From NCBI GenBank assembly GCA_000091205.1, contig AP006491.2: a stretch of DNA of 64,000 nt. One strand, 5' to 3'. Below are positions 30,899 through 42,077 of this stretch, in pieces (the stretch's first letter is position 1; each line of letters starts with the position of its first letter). Both the position numbers and the translations under genes were made by a program. The notes under the pieces are model-generated. The model was given only the letters and a program-made list of their open reading frames with translations. It did no database searches and was not told the origin of the DNA. Source of the DNA: Cyanidioschyzon merolae. Its lineage: Eukaryota.

Positions 30899-31749
30899 GG
30901 CGATTTTCCCGCCACCGCTGTACACGGCCAGCGTCGTTCGACTTTCGAAAAGCGTTGTTGGTGTGTGCGTGCGAGCTCGCGGGCGCAATGAAAAGAAAAA
31001 CACAACAAAACGAACACGTCGCAAACTATTTATTCAAGAACAAGTATCTTAAAGCCCCACCAACCACGCCCGCCAGAGAGGTGTAATTTTTCCGGAGAAG
31101 CTCTGAAATTGGGTTAACAGGGGGTGTTTGGGCGACGGGGAAGGAAGCCCACGCCAGGGACCTTGACCGCAACGAACAGTGGGGCGGAGGCAGTAGCACC
31201 AGAAAATATGGATGAAAATTCTGAGCAGACATCCGCCCCTCCCGAAACAACGCTGCAGGTTCGGGCGCAAATCCTGGACCCATCCTCGAACTCAAGCTCA
31301 GGATTACCTCCTACCTTGTTCCCTACCTCAACTTTGGAAACAATCTAGGCGGATACTTTGGAAGACGGCTGGCAGCATGTTCGCGGTCGAAGCCGGAATA
31401 AGCGACTTGCCCGCCTATGTGTCTGGGGAGCGGATACGAAGCCGCTGAAAGGGTGGTTTGCAGAGTATTCCCAGTGGTTGAGGGGAGGTTAAAGCGTCGG
31501 GCAATAAAAAGGTCGCATTCGAATCGACCTTGACTAATGTACTTCTGATTCTACGCTAGCGCTGCGGCAGACACTCAATGAACGACTGGAATGCAGGAGG
31601 CGCTGGTGGCATGTACGCTCACACATACCGCGGAGGGTGCGTCTAAATCGACGGCGTATCTCTTGAGTACTGCAGCGCTACTCCAATTCCCTTACGCGCT
31701 ACGACTCAATAGGTTGCGCATCATGGAATGTTAGCGGGATCGCCTCGAA

Positions 31750-34700
31750 TCTAGACTAAGAGATATCGAATTACTAGTAGAGTAAAGAGGAACAGATACA
31801 ACTGGAGGACTCTACAACAGGAAAAGAGACCCAACCAGATACGGAGAAGGAGACACAGGAACCTCATGATCCACCTAGATGCAAAATATCCAGAGAAAGC
31901 AGCTCGGCAAAAAGCCCGAAGAAGAAGAAGACCAACAAGAAAAGACAGAAGAATAGAAAAAAGAACTCCCAAACGAGTCCATCACAAGTCATTTCCCGAA
32001 AGAGCACCCCAGCGGGAACTCAAGAAAGCCGTCGCCAAACCCAGTCACCTACTCACAGCGCTGAAGATCCGAAAAGCCATGAATACAAATCTTTAGACCA
32101 ATTGGCATGCGAGTTTATAGATGGGAATCAGAAGATCGCCAGAGAGCTGGGACTGCTTGCACCAGAACGCAATAGTTGCAAACCTCAGTACCTGAAACGA
32201 CGTACCAATACTCGGATTGATGAATGCCGCCGACTTAACAAGATCGTCAACCGCACCGCCATACGCGCCAACGCGGGAGACAAGGAAGCGAAGGCAGCGC
32301 TACCGGCGCCACAGGCGCAACATGAAGAAGCTATCAAAAGAAAGAAGAAACTTTCCAGAGAAAACAAACGAGAGGATCGAAACCACAAAGTCGCCTCCCT
32401 GGCGAAATCTATGCTAGAGAGCATCAACGAAGATGAGACCTGGTGCTCCATCCGATCGAGACTGGACCCACCAAAAAAGTGCCTGGGGCTCACACCAATC
32501 GTTTATAAGGAAGCGCTGAGGACGGAGCGTGCCTCAGTGAATGAGGCCTGGACGGACCACGGGCCAGAGCTGCATGAAGACGCAACTGGGCACTGCCGAA
32601 ACCGAATCTATTGGCACCAGTATGCCGCAGAACTACCGCGCCTCGAACCGGTACCGGAATGGGACGACCCAATCCTCTGACCTGAATCTGTCCGGACCCT
32701 GCTACGCTCAAGCAACCGCAAAACACCTGGCATCGAAGGTATCGCGACGGAGTGGATGAAACTGGTGACCCCAGAAGACGGGACAACAGGGACACCATCG
32801 ATACCAAATGAACCTGACACAATCTTAGGCAAACGCCTTCTGGAGCTCATCCAACGCACGTTTGAAGAAGCGTATATCCCGAATGTATGGAGGACTGCCG
32901 AGGTCGTACAAATCCTCAAAAAGGACTCCAAACCCCACAGACATGAACAACTACCGGACTATGCGCCTCATCCCGTCAATCATGAAGCTACTTTGCGCCA
33001 TGCTCACGAACCGGATCCAGAGGCGCCTCCAGGAGCGCAAGTTCTTCGCCCCAGAACAGGCTGGATTCCGGAGCTGCGAGGAGTGCATGAGCCATGCCCT
33101 GACCTTCATGGAAGTGGCGCAACGTCGCTTCATTAGCGACCAACAACCAGCTTACGTATGCTTCATCGACTTCCAAGAGGCCTTTGACACGGTCCCGCAT
33201 GAGGCTCTATTTCTCAAGATGGAACGAGCCGGAGTCTCCAGAAAGTGCTTAGCGTTCTTCCGTGCGCTCTATGCAGACTCGTGGATGCGCATCCGACTGG
33301 GCGATGGCTCAAGAATCCCTTCGATAAGGATCTGCCATGGACTGCGACAGAGCGACCGCGCATCCCTGCTCCTTTTCAACATCTTCATCAACGATCTGCT
33401 GAACAATTGCAGACAATACGGGCTTGAGGTGCCGTGGATAGGCTGTGGAGATGCCCGATGAGGAGCGCCCACATAGAAACCGCCTCGCAGGCCGTCTATT
33501 TGCGGACGATGTCGTGCCGTTGGCACCCGCCCCGGAAACGCTTGCGACTAGCATGGAACAAGTCAGCGCCTGGGCCGATCGCTGGGTTATGAGCATAGGA
33601 GCATCGAAGTGCGGCGTCATGGCCATCCATGGAGACTCGCAGAGCATTCGCAATCGCTCGTGGCGGTTGCAGAATCAGGAAATTCCGATCGTGGAAACAT
33701 ATCGCTACCTGGGGGTCTGTCTCACGCCGACGCTCGACGAAAAGGCACACGTTGACGAGATGATCGCCAAGATGCATAGAGGTACAGCGATCGCACGCCC
33801 ATTCCTATCCGATCCCTCTATCCCCTTAGCAATCCGTACGAGGGCGCTAAGGATGTGTATCATCCAGCCTGCGTCCTGGGGTGCTGGGTGGTGCGGCATG
33901 AAGCACACAAATGCCTCGCGTCTGCAGGCAGCCGCCAACAGGGCAATGCGACTCGTTGTTGTTGGGTGCTCAGTACAGAGCAGAGCAACCAACCTGCCTG
34001 GCACTCGGACTTGAACTCCAAATACCCTCGACAGAGGCGATAGCAGCAGGCTGCCGGGCACATGTATGGGCCAAAAAGCCCACTGTGCGCACCAGGTTCA
34101 GTCGGAGTTTCATGCAAACCCCAACGCACCGCAAGATCACTTGGATGAAATCGACGCATATTTGGCTGAAGCGCCTCTTGGGCGAAAACACGCTCCCCAA
34201 TCGTTCCCCAGGAATGTACAAGGCTCCCGCCGCCTCAAGCGAACGGTCCAAACACCAATATGGGAACGTAGACACGGTACCAGTCGCGCTAGTAACGCCG
34301 GCTTGACTCTATACCGGAACTACAACCTAACATACACACGCAAGTACTGGTAGAAAGCGCTGGAATTCCCGGGACTTGCTCGAGGTACCCAGTGGCTCGC
34401 CAAAATCAGCGTTGGTGGCTCCTGGCTACCAGCACCGGCTCTAAGCCGGATAGGAACACTGGAACCACACTGGGAGTCACACTGTCCCTGCTATCGAGAC
34501 GAAATCCCCGAGACGCTGACATATTTACTGTTACAGTGCCCGCGCTGGAAGCAGGAGCGCAGCGAGCTCCTCGAAGGACAGCAGCAGCTCGGCAACACCG
34601 TGATAGTCGAAGGCCGGACATTCACTTTGAGTGCAGCACTGGCAACTGATGGTCCGGTAACGGAGCCTCAGCGCTCATGAGTGGCGAACAAACTCACATG
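31750..34700 (+). mobile_element. Degenerate, 5'-truncated non-LTR (LINE) retrotransposon
   Basis: RT motifs lie in three shifted frames. They are IPNVWRTAEVVQILKK, NNYRTMRLIPS, QAGFRSCEEC, FIDFQEAFDTVPHEAL, GLRQSDRASLLLFNIFINDL and LFADDVV. The C-terminal Cys motif HCPCYRDEIPETLTYLLLQCP is at about 34470-34540. No endonuclease domain is detected. A basic K/R-rich stretch lies at 31866-32096. Confidence 0.75.
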
Positions 34701-36111
34701 CTACCTTCTAGGCGGAAGGTCCAGCGGATCGGATGCGCACACGGGCCCAGTGCGCTCTCTACGCCTACCCACTGTGGTGGGTGTCAAGCACAAACCCGCA
34801 TAGCCAACCGACAACAATGCATTCCATGCATGATCACGAAGGAGAGAGGCGGCTCCCAGAATTCATCCTAACAACCAAGTTTCTCCAGCGTGTCGTGCAG
34901 CGAAGGCAAGCCTGCATCCGCAGACTGTCCGAGCACAATCTGACGACGAATCCCAAGTCTACGTCGGATGAACCACGCCTCGAGCCGATGCCCTCTGGGG
35001 TATAGAAAAGCCGTTCTAGCTCGATGAACTATCAGCTCCAGCGGTTAAGTTCCAAAGTCGTATGATTAGGTTAGGTACTAGGCACACCCGATAGGACGTA
35101 TGAAACGACCAGAATATCCGAGATCAAGTATAGATAATGTAACTTGGAGGTAGGTGGTTTGATGGATGCCTCGCCGCGCAATGAAAACATAACACAAAAA
35201 AGTAAGAAAAGAAAAATGCGCATAATCGGAGAAACCTGGCCTATGGAAACGTTTTGTCCATGAAACAAATCTCGCCCGCAGGCGCAAATTGAGCTCGTGC
35301 GCGCCCGAGCTCGCCTAATGTTCCGGGTAGCTCGCCGAAACACGCTTGCAGCAGCTCTGTACCGCAAACTTAAAGCGTGCAGACAGCTCAAGAAGTACCT
35401 CTAGCCTTTGTGGAGCAGGTACGCGTTGTCTAGGTAGGCAGTCCGTTTGCGGTCGGCCTCGAACGCCAGACCAATAAATCAGTGTGTGCTCCGAACTGGT
35501 GCGCCTGGTCTCCGGAATCAACAAAATCCTTTCAAAGGTAGCGTGTAAAGTGCTGGCGGTCCACTAGGTCAAGGTGTTGCGTCGGGAAGCGCCCTGATAT
35601 CGGAGGTTTCGCGTAAGTAGGCGGTGCCTGCTGCTGCAGAAGAGGGCAGCGCTCGGGCGTGTGTCAGACAGTGCACAGCTGCAGCTCGGACCTGTGGTGA
35701 CGCTCGCGAACGATTGCAGCCATTGAAGCCATTGTCGCGACACCCAGAGCCGATCTCAGGGCCAGACTCTCTACCGCAGGCAAGGGAGCGCTACCAACAG
35801 GCACTTCGTCGGTGCTGTCGGGACACCGTTTCACGGAACGGCAGCGGCCGTAGCGTCCATTGACGGAAACCTCGAGTTCAAGAAGACGACTGCTCGGACA
35901 ACCTTCGCGTGTTCGCCGGCTCGTTTGCGTATGAAGCTTTGCCTCGACGAGAGAACCTCTAAGCATCGCCCTTCTAGATCTGTTTCTGGATCAATCGAAA
36001 AGTACCCGTGCATGCTTCTAGAAGTTCGCCGCGAGCGGTGTTTTCCTCTTCAGCCTGGATCGCAAACTCGATCTCTCGAGGTCCGCTACAGCGAACGCAC
36101 TGTTGTTGTTG

Positions 36112-37398
36112 ATGCCAACAAAACGCACAGGAGCGCAACCGGAGCCGCCTCATGAACCTTGCACCAGCGGAGCGCACGAGTCCCCGAGTCCGAGTGCCGC
36201 CACCCACAGGGAGCACGTGCAAGCGACTAGCCATGAACAATCTTCCGGGACTGTTGCGAGCTCGAGCACCGCCATTTCGACGCAGCAGTCACCGGTAATA
36301 GCCCAGGAACCGGGAGCGACGTATTCGGAAAGGGCAGCGTTTCAGCCCAGCGGAACAGTACTGGTGCCGCTTCAGCAAGTTCAGTGCTTCGTGTGTGGGT
36401 CGCATCTGAGCTACCGACCCGGAAGTGCCTGGATACTCTGCCCGGGGTGTCTTATGGTGCTCAATCTGCAACCATTGCTGGACCCGAGAGCCTTCGCAGG
36501 CTTCACGGTCTGCCCCGGCTGCCAGTTTATGATCTATTTTCCGCTGGACAGTGGACGCACAACTTGTGCGTACTGCTCGCTCAGTATCGAAGTGACGCCT
36601 CCGCAACAAATCAGCTGCGCAGTGTGTCGAGCGTGCCTCTTGTACAACGCCCCTTCCGCCTCGCCCATTATGTGCCTCGTGTGTCAGACTGTGATGCAAC
36701 CAGATGGGCAACCCATTCAGTCACCCTATGTTTCACAACAAGCTGCTCCGGGGGCGGCACCGGGGCCCACGGGTTTGGTGGCACCGCTGGGAGCCTCAAC
36801 AGGAGTGCAGCCGCTGCAAGCAGCCGCCGCATCGCAAATGTCGCCTTTCGGAGCGCTTCCGTACCAACCCCAACCAATTGCATCGCACCTGGAAACGCCG
36901 ACACCTTTTATGTCCCAGAGATTAACCCGGGCGACGCAGCCTGCGACGCATGAGCAGTTCCAAGTGTCGGGTGCTGGCGTCCCCGGCGGTGCATCGGTGC
37001 GTACATACCGCAGAAGAGCGGGTTTCCAACCAAGCGCAGGCGCAGCTGTCGGTAGGACGTCAACGCTAGTGCCTTCTTCAGCGCTGCGCTCGACTGAGCA
37101 TGAACATAGTGGGCGTGGAGGCAGACCCGTATCACCGAGTGCTGTGCGACACGCGGAACTCACGGCTGAAGCGCCCACAGAAACATCATCAGAACAGCCG
37201 CGTACCGTACCCGCCAGATCGGCGCTCACGTCGCCCGCAGTCGAGACGAGCGCTACCACAGAGAGCACCGGCTTTCCCCAGCGGCAAGCAGTCTCCACTT
37301 TACCCACCAGAGGCACGAGCAACTCTAATGAAAGTGCAAGCTCAGGTACCTCCGCAGCGTCAGCGGTATCGCCCCCGTCGATTGCACCGGCGAGTTAA
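36112..37398 (+). CDS. LSD1-type zinc-finger protein (three zf-LSD1 motifs) with long S/T/P/A-rich low-complexity regions
   Basis: CFVCGSHLSYRPGSAWILCPGC, CPGCQFMIYFPLDSGRTTCAYC and CAVCRACLLYNAPSASPIMCLVC match CxxCRxxLxYPxGAxxVxCxxC. Track position 36103 is a TTG; the first ATG is at 36112. Confidence 0.65.
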   Translation: MPTKRTGAQPEPPHEPCTSGAHESPSPSAATHREHVQATSHEQSSGTVASSSTAISTQQSPVIAQEPGATYSERAAFQPSGTVLVPLQQVQCFVCGSHLSYRPGSAWILCPGCLMVLNLQPLLDPRAFAGFTVCPGCQFMIYFPLDSGRTTCAYCSLSIEVTPPQQISCAVCRACLLYNAPSASPIMCLVCQTVMQPDGQPIQSPYVSQQAAPGAAPGPTGLVAPLGASTGVQPLQAAAASQMSPFGALPYQPQPIASHLETPTPFMSQRLTRATQPATHEQFQVSGAGVPGGASVRTYRRRAGFQPSAGAAVGRTSTLVPSSALRSTEHEHSGRGGRPVSPSAVRHAELTAEAPTETSSEQPRTVPARSALTSPAVETSATTESTGFPQRQAVSTLPTRGTSNSNESASSGTSAASAVSPPSIAPAS

Positions 37399-37428
37399 GA
37401 ACAGCGTCCGCGAGGCAAGCAGCGCCGC

Positions 37429-40302
37429 CTAAGCACCGATCCAGCGCGAAAGGCTGTATGCTTCCCGATGTCGGCGGTATTGCATTAAACAGCCATAGGT
37501 TGGATCAGATATCCCGACGAAAAGGTACTCAGCACGCATGGGCGAAAAACTCACCCCAGCAATTTCGCCGAAAATGTCGAGCACGGTCTCCCAGACATAG
37601 CCGTAGAGGCTCCCGGACAGTCGCGCCTCAGACGCATCCACGAGGGAGTCCGCCTCACTGGTTTCGCGTGAGCCCCCGAATGCATCAACAATATGAACCC
37701 AATCGGCAACCTCTGCGACACAGAGAAAACGCCCATCATCCGAGTATTGCAGGCTGCGAACGGCACCGAGACGCGCGGGAAACACACAACGGAGCGGGGC
37801 ACTCGTTTGACGCACATCCCAGATGCGGAAGGTCCCGTCCTGGTTACCGGTTGCCAACTGGATACCGTTCGGATGCCAAGCTGTTGCGAATGCGTAGTCT
37901 CGATGCCCCTTGAGCTTCTGGACGCATGCCCCGGACTCGTGGTGCACCAACCAAACCTCCGTGTGGTCACCCGCAATAGCCAACAAGGAGCCCGGTTCAG
38001 GATGACGCCACGAGCCTGTTGGCTGCACAGTAACGTGATTCACCGGCCACGGGAAGGGTACCTCCTTCAACAGTGCGTCAGCAGGGGGAGCGTCTTCACC
38101 GCTGCCGCAGCCGCAGCGCTCCAGATCGAAGAGTCGCACGAAGCAGTCGTTGTGCGCGGTGGCCATACGGCGAGCCCTGCCCAAGGATCCCGGTTCCTTC
38201 GCCTCTGTTCGATAAAAGAGTTCTATATAGTTGGTGATGGCGTTTTCGGTATTGCGAGCAACGCGCCAGTCGAACTGGACTGCGCCTGTCTGTGCATCCA
38301 CCGCAATGATTTCCCCAGAAAAGCCACCCGCGACACAGAGCCGTCCATCGGATGCCATGGTACTGACCTGCACCCTTCGTCCGTCGTTCCGATACGGAGG
38401 TGTTCGGTAAAACTCCAGGGGCGACTCGGCTTGCTCAGAGCGCCCCAAGTCTGCCGGGGACAGCGCACGGTGTTCTGCGTCTGTCTCGGGGTCTATGGGT
38501 GAGTCCTGCGCGTCCCCTGCATCCCGGTCGGTGCGCACACGCCAGTCGCTCTCCGAAGCACGAGTCAACCAGCGACCACTGAGGCGCCTTCCCTGGTACC
38601 AGGTCGGCGGTCGCTCTCGAAAGCTGCGCGATAAAGCCGTCGTCGAGAGGCCCAGCATCCTGCTCGTATTCCAGTATACGGTTTGTCCGCTCAGATTCAG
38701 CAAACAGCGCACCTGATGCAGAGAAGGGCAGTAGTGCAGGAGGCAGTTATTCTGGACCAAGTACACATCGTCTTCACTGGTGGCACGCAGCAGGTGGCGC
38801 AACTGGAAGTGTACCACCGAGGGACGCACTCGACGCGTACACTCGACCATGGAGTAGAAAGGTAGTCGGGGGCTCCCAGGCGCCAAGAATGCCCTTTCTG
38901 CCCGGCAAGTAGAGACATCCTCCTTCTTGCTCCAAGAACGAGCCGCGCGCTCATTCGTGCTCCTCGGTGGAACGCACGGCGCACCCGCATGTAGCCACCG
39001 CTGAAGCGAATGGACATCGCTTCGACTTCGGTGACAACGCACTTGTCCGTAGCCACCCAGCACATAAGCTTGCAGGGCTCTCGTGTCACGGGTATCGCAA
39101 CGCGCAGCGACCATTGAGTCAGCAACATTCATATAGTTGGGATACTCACGAATACGCTGATGATGGTGCGCACTCCGTGCACTAGTGTCGCTTCCCCAAG
39201 GTATGCCCTGTGTATCCATAATCGCTCTCGAGGCCCGCACATCACTGAGGTAAATATCTAAGAGGTTGCTCCACTGAAGCACGCCCATGCCCGACGTTTC
39301 GGTTTCCGGAAGCGCCACTTCTCGGAGGGCGAAGATGTCTCCGCCAGCCGGCGATTCATCTTCCATTGACGCCTCCGAGTCGCGGTCATCCTGTTGATGC
39401 CAGTTGAAGAGTTCCTCCAGAGTCCGCACGAGACGCTCAGCAAAGACTTGATCAAGAGGAGGGCGATCCTCAGTGGTCGCAGCAATCTCGGGTGCGTCCG
39501 CGGGCTCTCGGAATACGTCCACTTCCCAGGTTGGTCGATGCAACGCTGGACCTTGACCCCTGTTCAGTGCAGCATTCTCCAGCGCTGGCCAGTGTCGTTG
39601 CGCTCGCCACGCCATGGCACCTCGTCGGGGTGGTATCGGGCGAGGCGGTAGTGCAGTTGCAGAGACGACCTGCGGCCAAAGCACTTCCCGGGCGGTATTC
39701 CGTTGATGAAGCGCCTCCTGCCGGGGGCCGATATCCGCTCCTGGTCCATCAACCCGACGCAGAGGTACTTGAGCTGCATCTTGTCTCGTGACTGGCGATG
39801 ATGCCTGCCCCAGGTGCCTCGTGCTCGTCGTCGCCACTTCATTTCGAGGCGACCGAGTTGCGACCCGTGCGGCGCTCGTCCAGGCCTGTCCAGCTGCAGG
39901 TGAACCAGAGACGTCTGCTGCGGGTGTCTCTGAGTCAGGAGGCACGCCCGATGAACCGGGTTCGTCGACGGCTGCACCTGCAGTAACCAGCTCGTGTGCT
40001 TCGTCGGTCCCTCTCGGGTACTGATCCACTACTTCGGCTCGCAGCGAACTCGCTCGTGCCTGGCGCGTCGCAGGCGAAAATGTTTGCGCTTCCGCAGGTA
40101 AAGCGTCAGAGATGTTCTCGGTTTCGAGCTCATCATTGAATGTTTCACGTGGTCCCCCGGACATGGTACACTCCGCCTGTAGAGCGAACACCAGCGTAGG
40201 ACCCAAATGCCATCTAGACCGTTGCAGGCTTGATGCGCACAGCGTTGGGTGTCGCCAGTCAGATCGGAAGCCAGTTGTGAAGCGATACGACGCAGCGTTC
40301 AT
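37429..40302 (-). CDS. WD40-repeat protein (C-terminal beta-propeller, disordered N-terminal half); function not assigned
   Basis: A 957-aa ORF with a true ATG. WD repeats include LLAIAGDHTEVWLVHHESG, ATAWHPNGIQLATGNQDGTFRIWDVRQ and AVRSLQYSDDGRFLCVAEVADWVHIVD. It is convergent with the LSD1-like gene with about 30 bp between stops. Confidence 0.7.
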   Translation of the reverse strand: MNAASYRFTTGFRSDWRHPTLCASSLQRSRWHLGPTLVFALQAECTMSGGPRETFNDELETENISDALPAEAQTFSPATRQARASSLRAEVVDQYPRGTDEAHELVTAGAAVDEPGSSGVPPDSETPAADVSGSPAAGQAWTSAARVATRSPRNEVATTSTRHLGQASSPVTRQDAAQVPLRRVDGPGADIGPRQEALHQRNTAREVLWPQVVSATALPPRPIPPRRGAMAWRAQRHWPALENAALNRGQGPALHRPTWEVDVFREPADAPEIAATTEDRPPLDQVFAERLVRTLEELFNWHQQDDRDSEASMEDESPAGGDIFALREVALPETETSGMGVLQWSNLLDIYLSDVRASRAIMDTQGIPWGSDTSARSAHHHQRIREYPNYMNVADSMVAARCDTRDTRALQAYVLGGYGQVRCHRSRSDVHSLQRWLHAGAPCVPPRSTNERAARSWSKKEDVSTCRAERAFLAPGSPRLPFYSMVECTRRVRPSVVHFQLRHLLRATSEDDVYLVQNNCLLHYCPSLHQVRCLLNLSGQTVYWNTSRMLGLSTTALSRSFRERPPTWYQGRRLSGRWLTRASESDWRVRTDRDAGDAQDSPIDPETDAEHRALSPADLGRSEQAESPLEFYRTPPYRNDGRRVQVSTMASDGRLCVAGGFSGEIIAVDAQTGAVQFDWRVARNTENAITNYIELFYRTEAKEPGSLGRARRMATAHNDCFVRLFDLERCGCGSGEDAPPADALLKEVPFPWPVNHVTVQPTGSWRHPEPGSLLAIAGDHTEVWLVHHESGACVQKLKGHRDYAFATAWHPNGIQLATGNQDGTFRIWDVRQTSAPLRCVFPARLGAVRSLQYSDDGRFLCVAEVADWVHIVDAFGGSRETSEADSLVDASEARLSGSLYGYVWETVLDIFGEIAGVSFSPMRAEYLFVGISDPTYGCLMQYRRHREAYSLSRWIGA

Positions 40303-42077
40303 ATCACGTTGCTCGCCTATGCTTCTGGAACTGATGCGGGGAGACGAGCGAGGAACGCTCTTTTAAGTCATGTTTCGTGTGTGATCGGTCGTCTTGGACA
40401 AGCTGCTGAGCAGAGGACTCAATGGATCGAGAAAAAAAAGGCTACGCTGCGGGCCACAAGCCAGCAGCAAGAAGGCGTTTTTCGGTACTTTTTTTGCTGA
40501 GGTGTTCGCTGTTGGAACAGTGCTTGGTTTCATAAGGCTTAAAGGCTCCATCTAAAGCGTTCTGGAAGCCTGGGCAGGGGTGCAAGCGTACCTGTGCGAC
40601 ACGCGACGCCGAACCAACCCAGAAACTCGTCGATAGTGGACGGGGAACCGGGTAGCGCTTGCCCGCAGCAACTGCACGGCATTGAGCGCGGATAAGCACG
40701 TGTCGGAAAGTAGCATTCGCAAACACTTCAGCTACAGCGCAATCTTTCGACGCTGGAGCTGAATGCAGCTCGGGCCGGAAGCTAGTGTCACGTGCACGCG
40801 GACTGAACTGAGCTAAACTGAACTGAACTGATCTGGTCTTGATGGGCTTCCCTGGCGGGTGCTGGGGCTTGCTTACACAGCATCGATCGCTGCGGATACC
40901 GTGGGATACGAGCGCCTTGCGATAGCGCGTGTCGGGGTCCATGTTGGCCCCTGTTGTGCGTATCTCAGGGGATGAACACATGTTGCGGCGCTACACAAAA
41001 TAGTGCTGATTGGTTACTCGACATATCCGCAACAGTTCGATGCTGCAGCGCAAACACGGTGTCTATCGCGGTCCATTCGGTCGCATCCGGACGCTGTGCA
41101 ATAGTCGCCGCCTAGGATGAATACGATCTGGACTTGTGCTGGAACCCATGATCAGAAATGCGCCCAAGAACGAAAATCTTTGTCATTAAACGACGCGGAA
41201 ACCGAAGCGATCACTGGTTTACGTAGTTGCCGTGGTGGCTTCCGAATTCCTGTTGTTCGCCCACGGGGAGACTGCGAACGCGCATCGTTGGTGCCAGTGC
41301 TTCGTGATCGCAGCCCTATCATGCCCCATCAAGTATGTGCAGACTCTTTTGGTACGAGACGAGGTAAAATGGCGTATGGACGCGCTCTCCATGGAGCGCG
41401 CATCGAGTAGGAAAACGGACATGACTATGTAACCTGCAAGTCTCAGAGCGATAAATTCGCGCACATGTCTATCTGCACACTTGCCACGGATTCGATGGAT
41501 CCGACTACATCCCGGAAACGGTGTCCCGTGGAGTACCAGCGTAACTCGCAAGGCGTGCAAACACGGGCCGCTGCCCTGTATTCGCATTGTATCCACGATG
41601 CTCAGCGAACGAAGATACGGAAGCGGGAACTTGGCTGCGAATGCAGTCGATGCTCTCTGGGGTCTGCACGTCGAACCAGGGAAACGCAAGCTCCCCGGCC
41701 TGCTGAGTACTATTGGAGCTGGTTGATGCCAAAGTCTTTCTCGCGCTGCGCAGCTACGTTTTTCGACTCTAGTGCTATTTTGCAGTGCGCGCTCCAGCGA
41801 AAAAAGCGAAGGAATCCCCAGACGCGCGGAACCGGATCCAGTCTCTAAACCGCACCAAATAAGAGTGTCCAATCAGTAAACTGGAACGGCCTCGGACACG
41901 AGTCCTTCGTCAGCGTATTTGCTACCGATACGTTCAACGCTTAAACTGTGCTATTTGCGTCTGATTTCGAGCACGAAGGCATCGCGTTCAGCGACTCGGT
42001 CGCAATATTCGACCTGCATCCGTGCACGTACACAGATAACGCTGATATACTGTGTCGCCACCTGTTACATACGGACA

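Larger units (their letters stand above)
28226..30965 (+). mobile_element. Copy C of the TnpB/Fanzor-like repeated element (best-preserved nuclease core)
   Basis: The 5' boundary cctgggagatc begins a leader that is homologous but more diverged. The reading frame runs from about 28620 to 30898. The conserved 3' tail is 30899-30965. Confidence 0.8.

Noticed and set aside
40442-41872. 179-aa and 217-aa minus-strand ORFs between the WD40 gene and the satellite
   Set aside because: They have no recognisable motifs, and the region looks like a divergent-promoter or intergenic stretch (short aactga repeats). The evidence is too weak to call a CDS.
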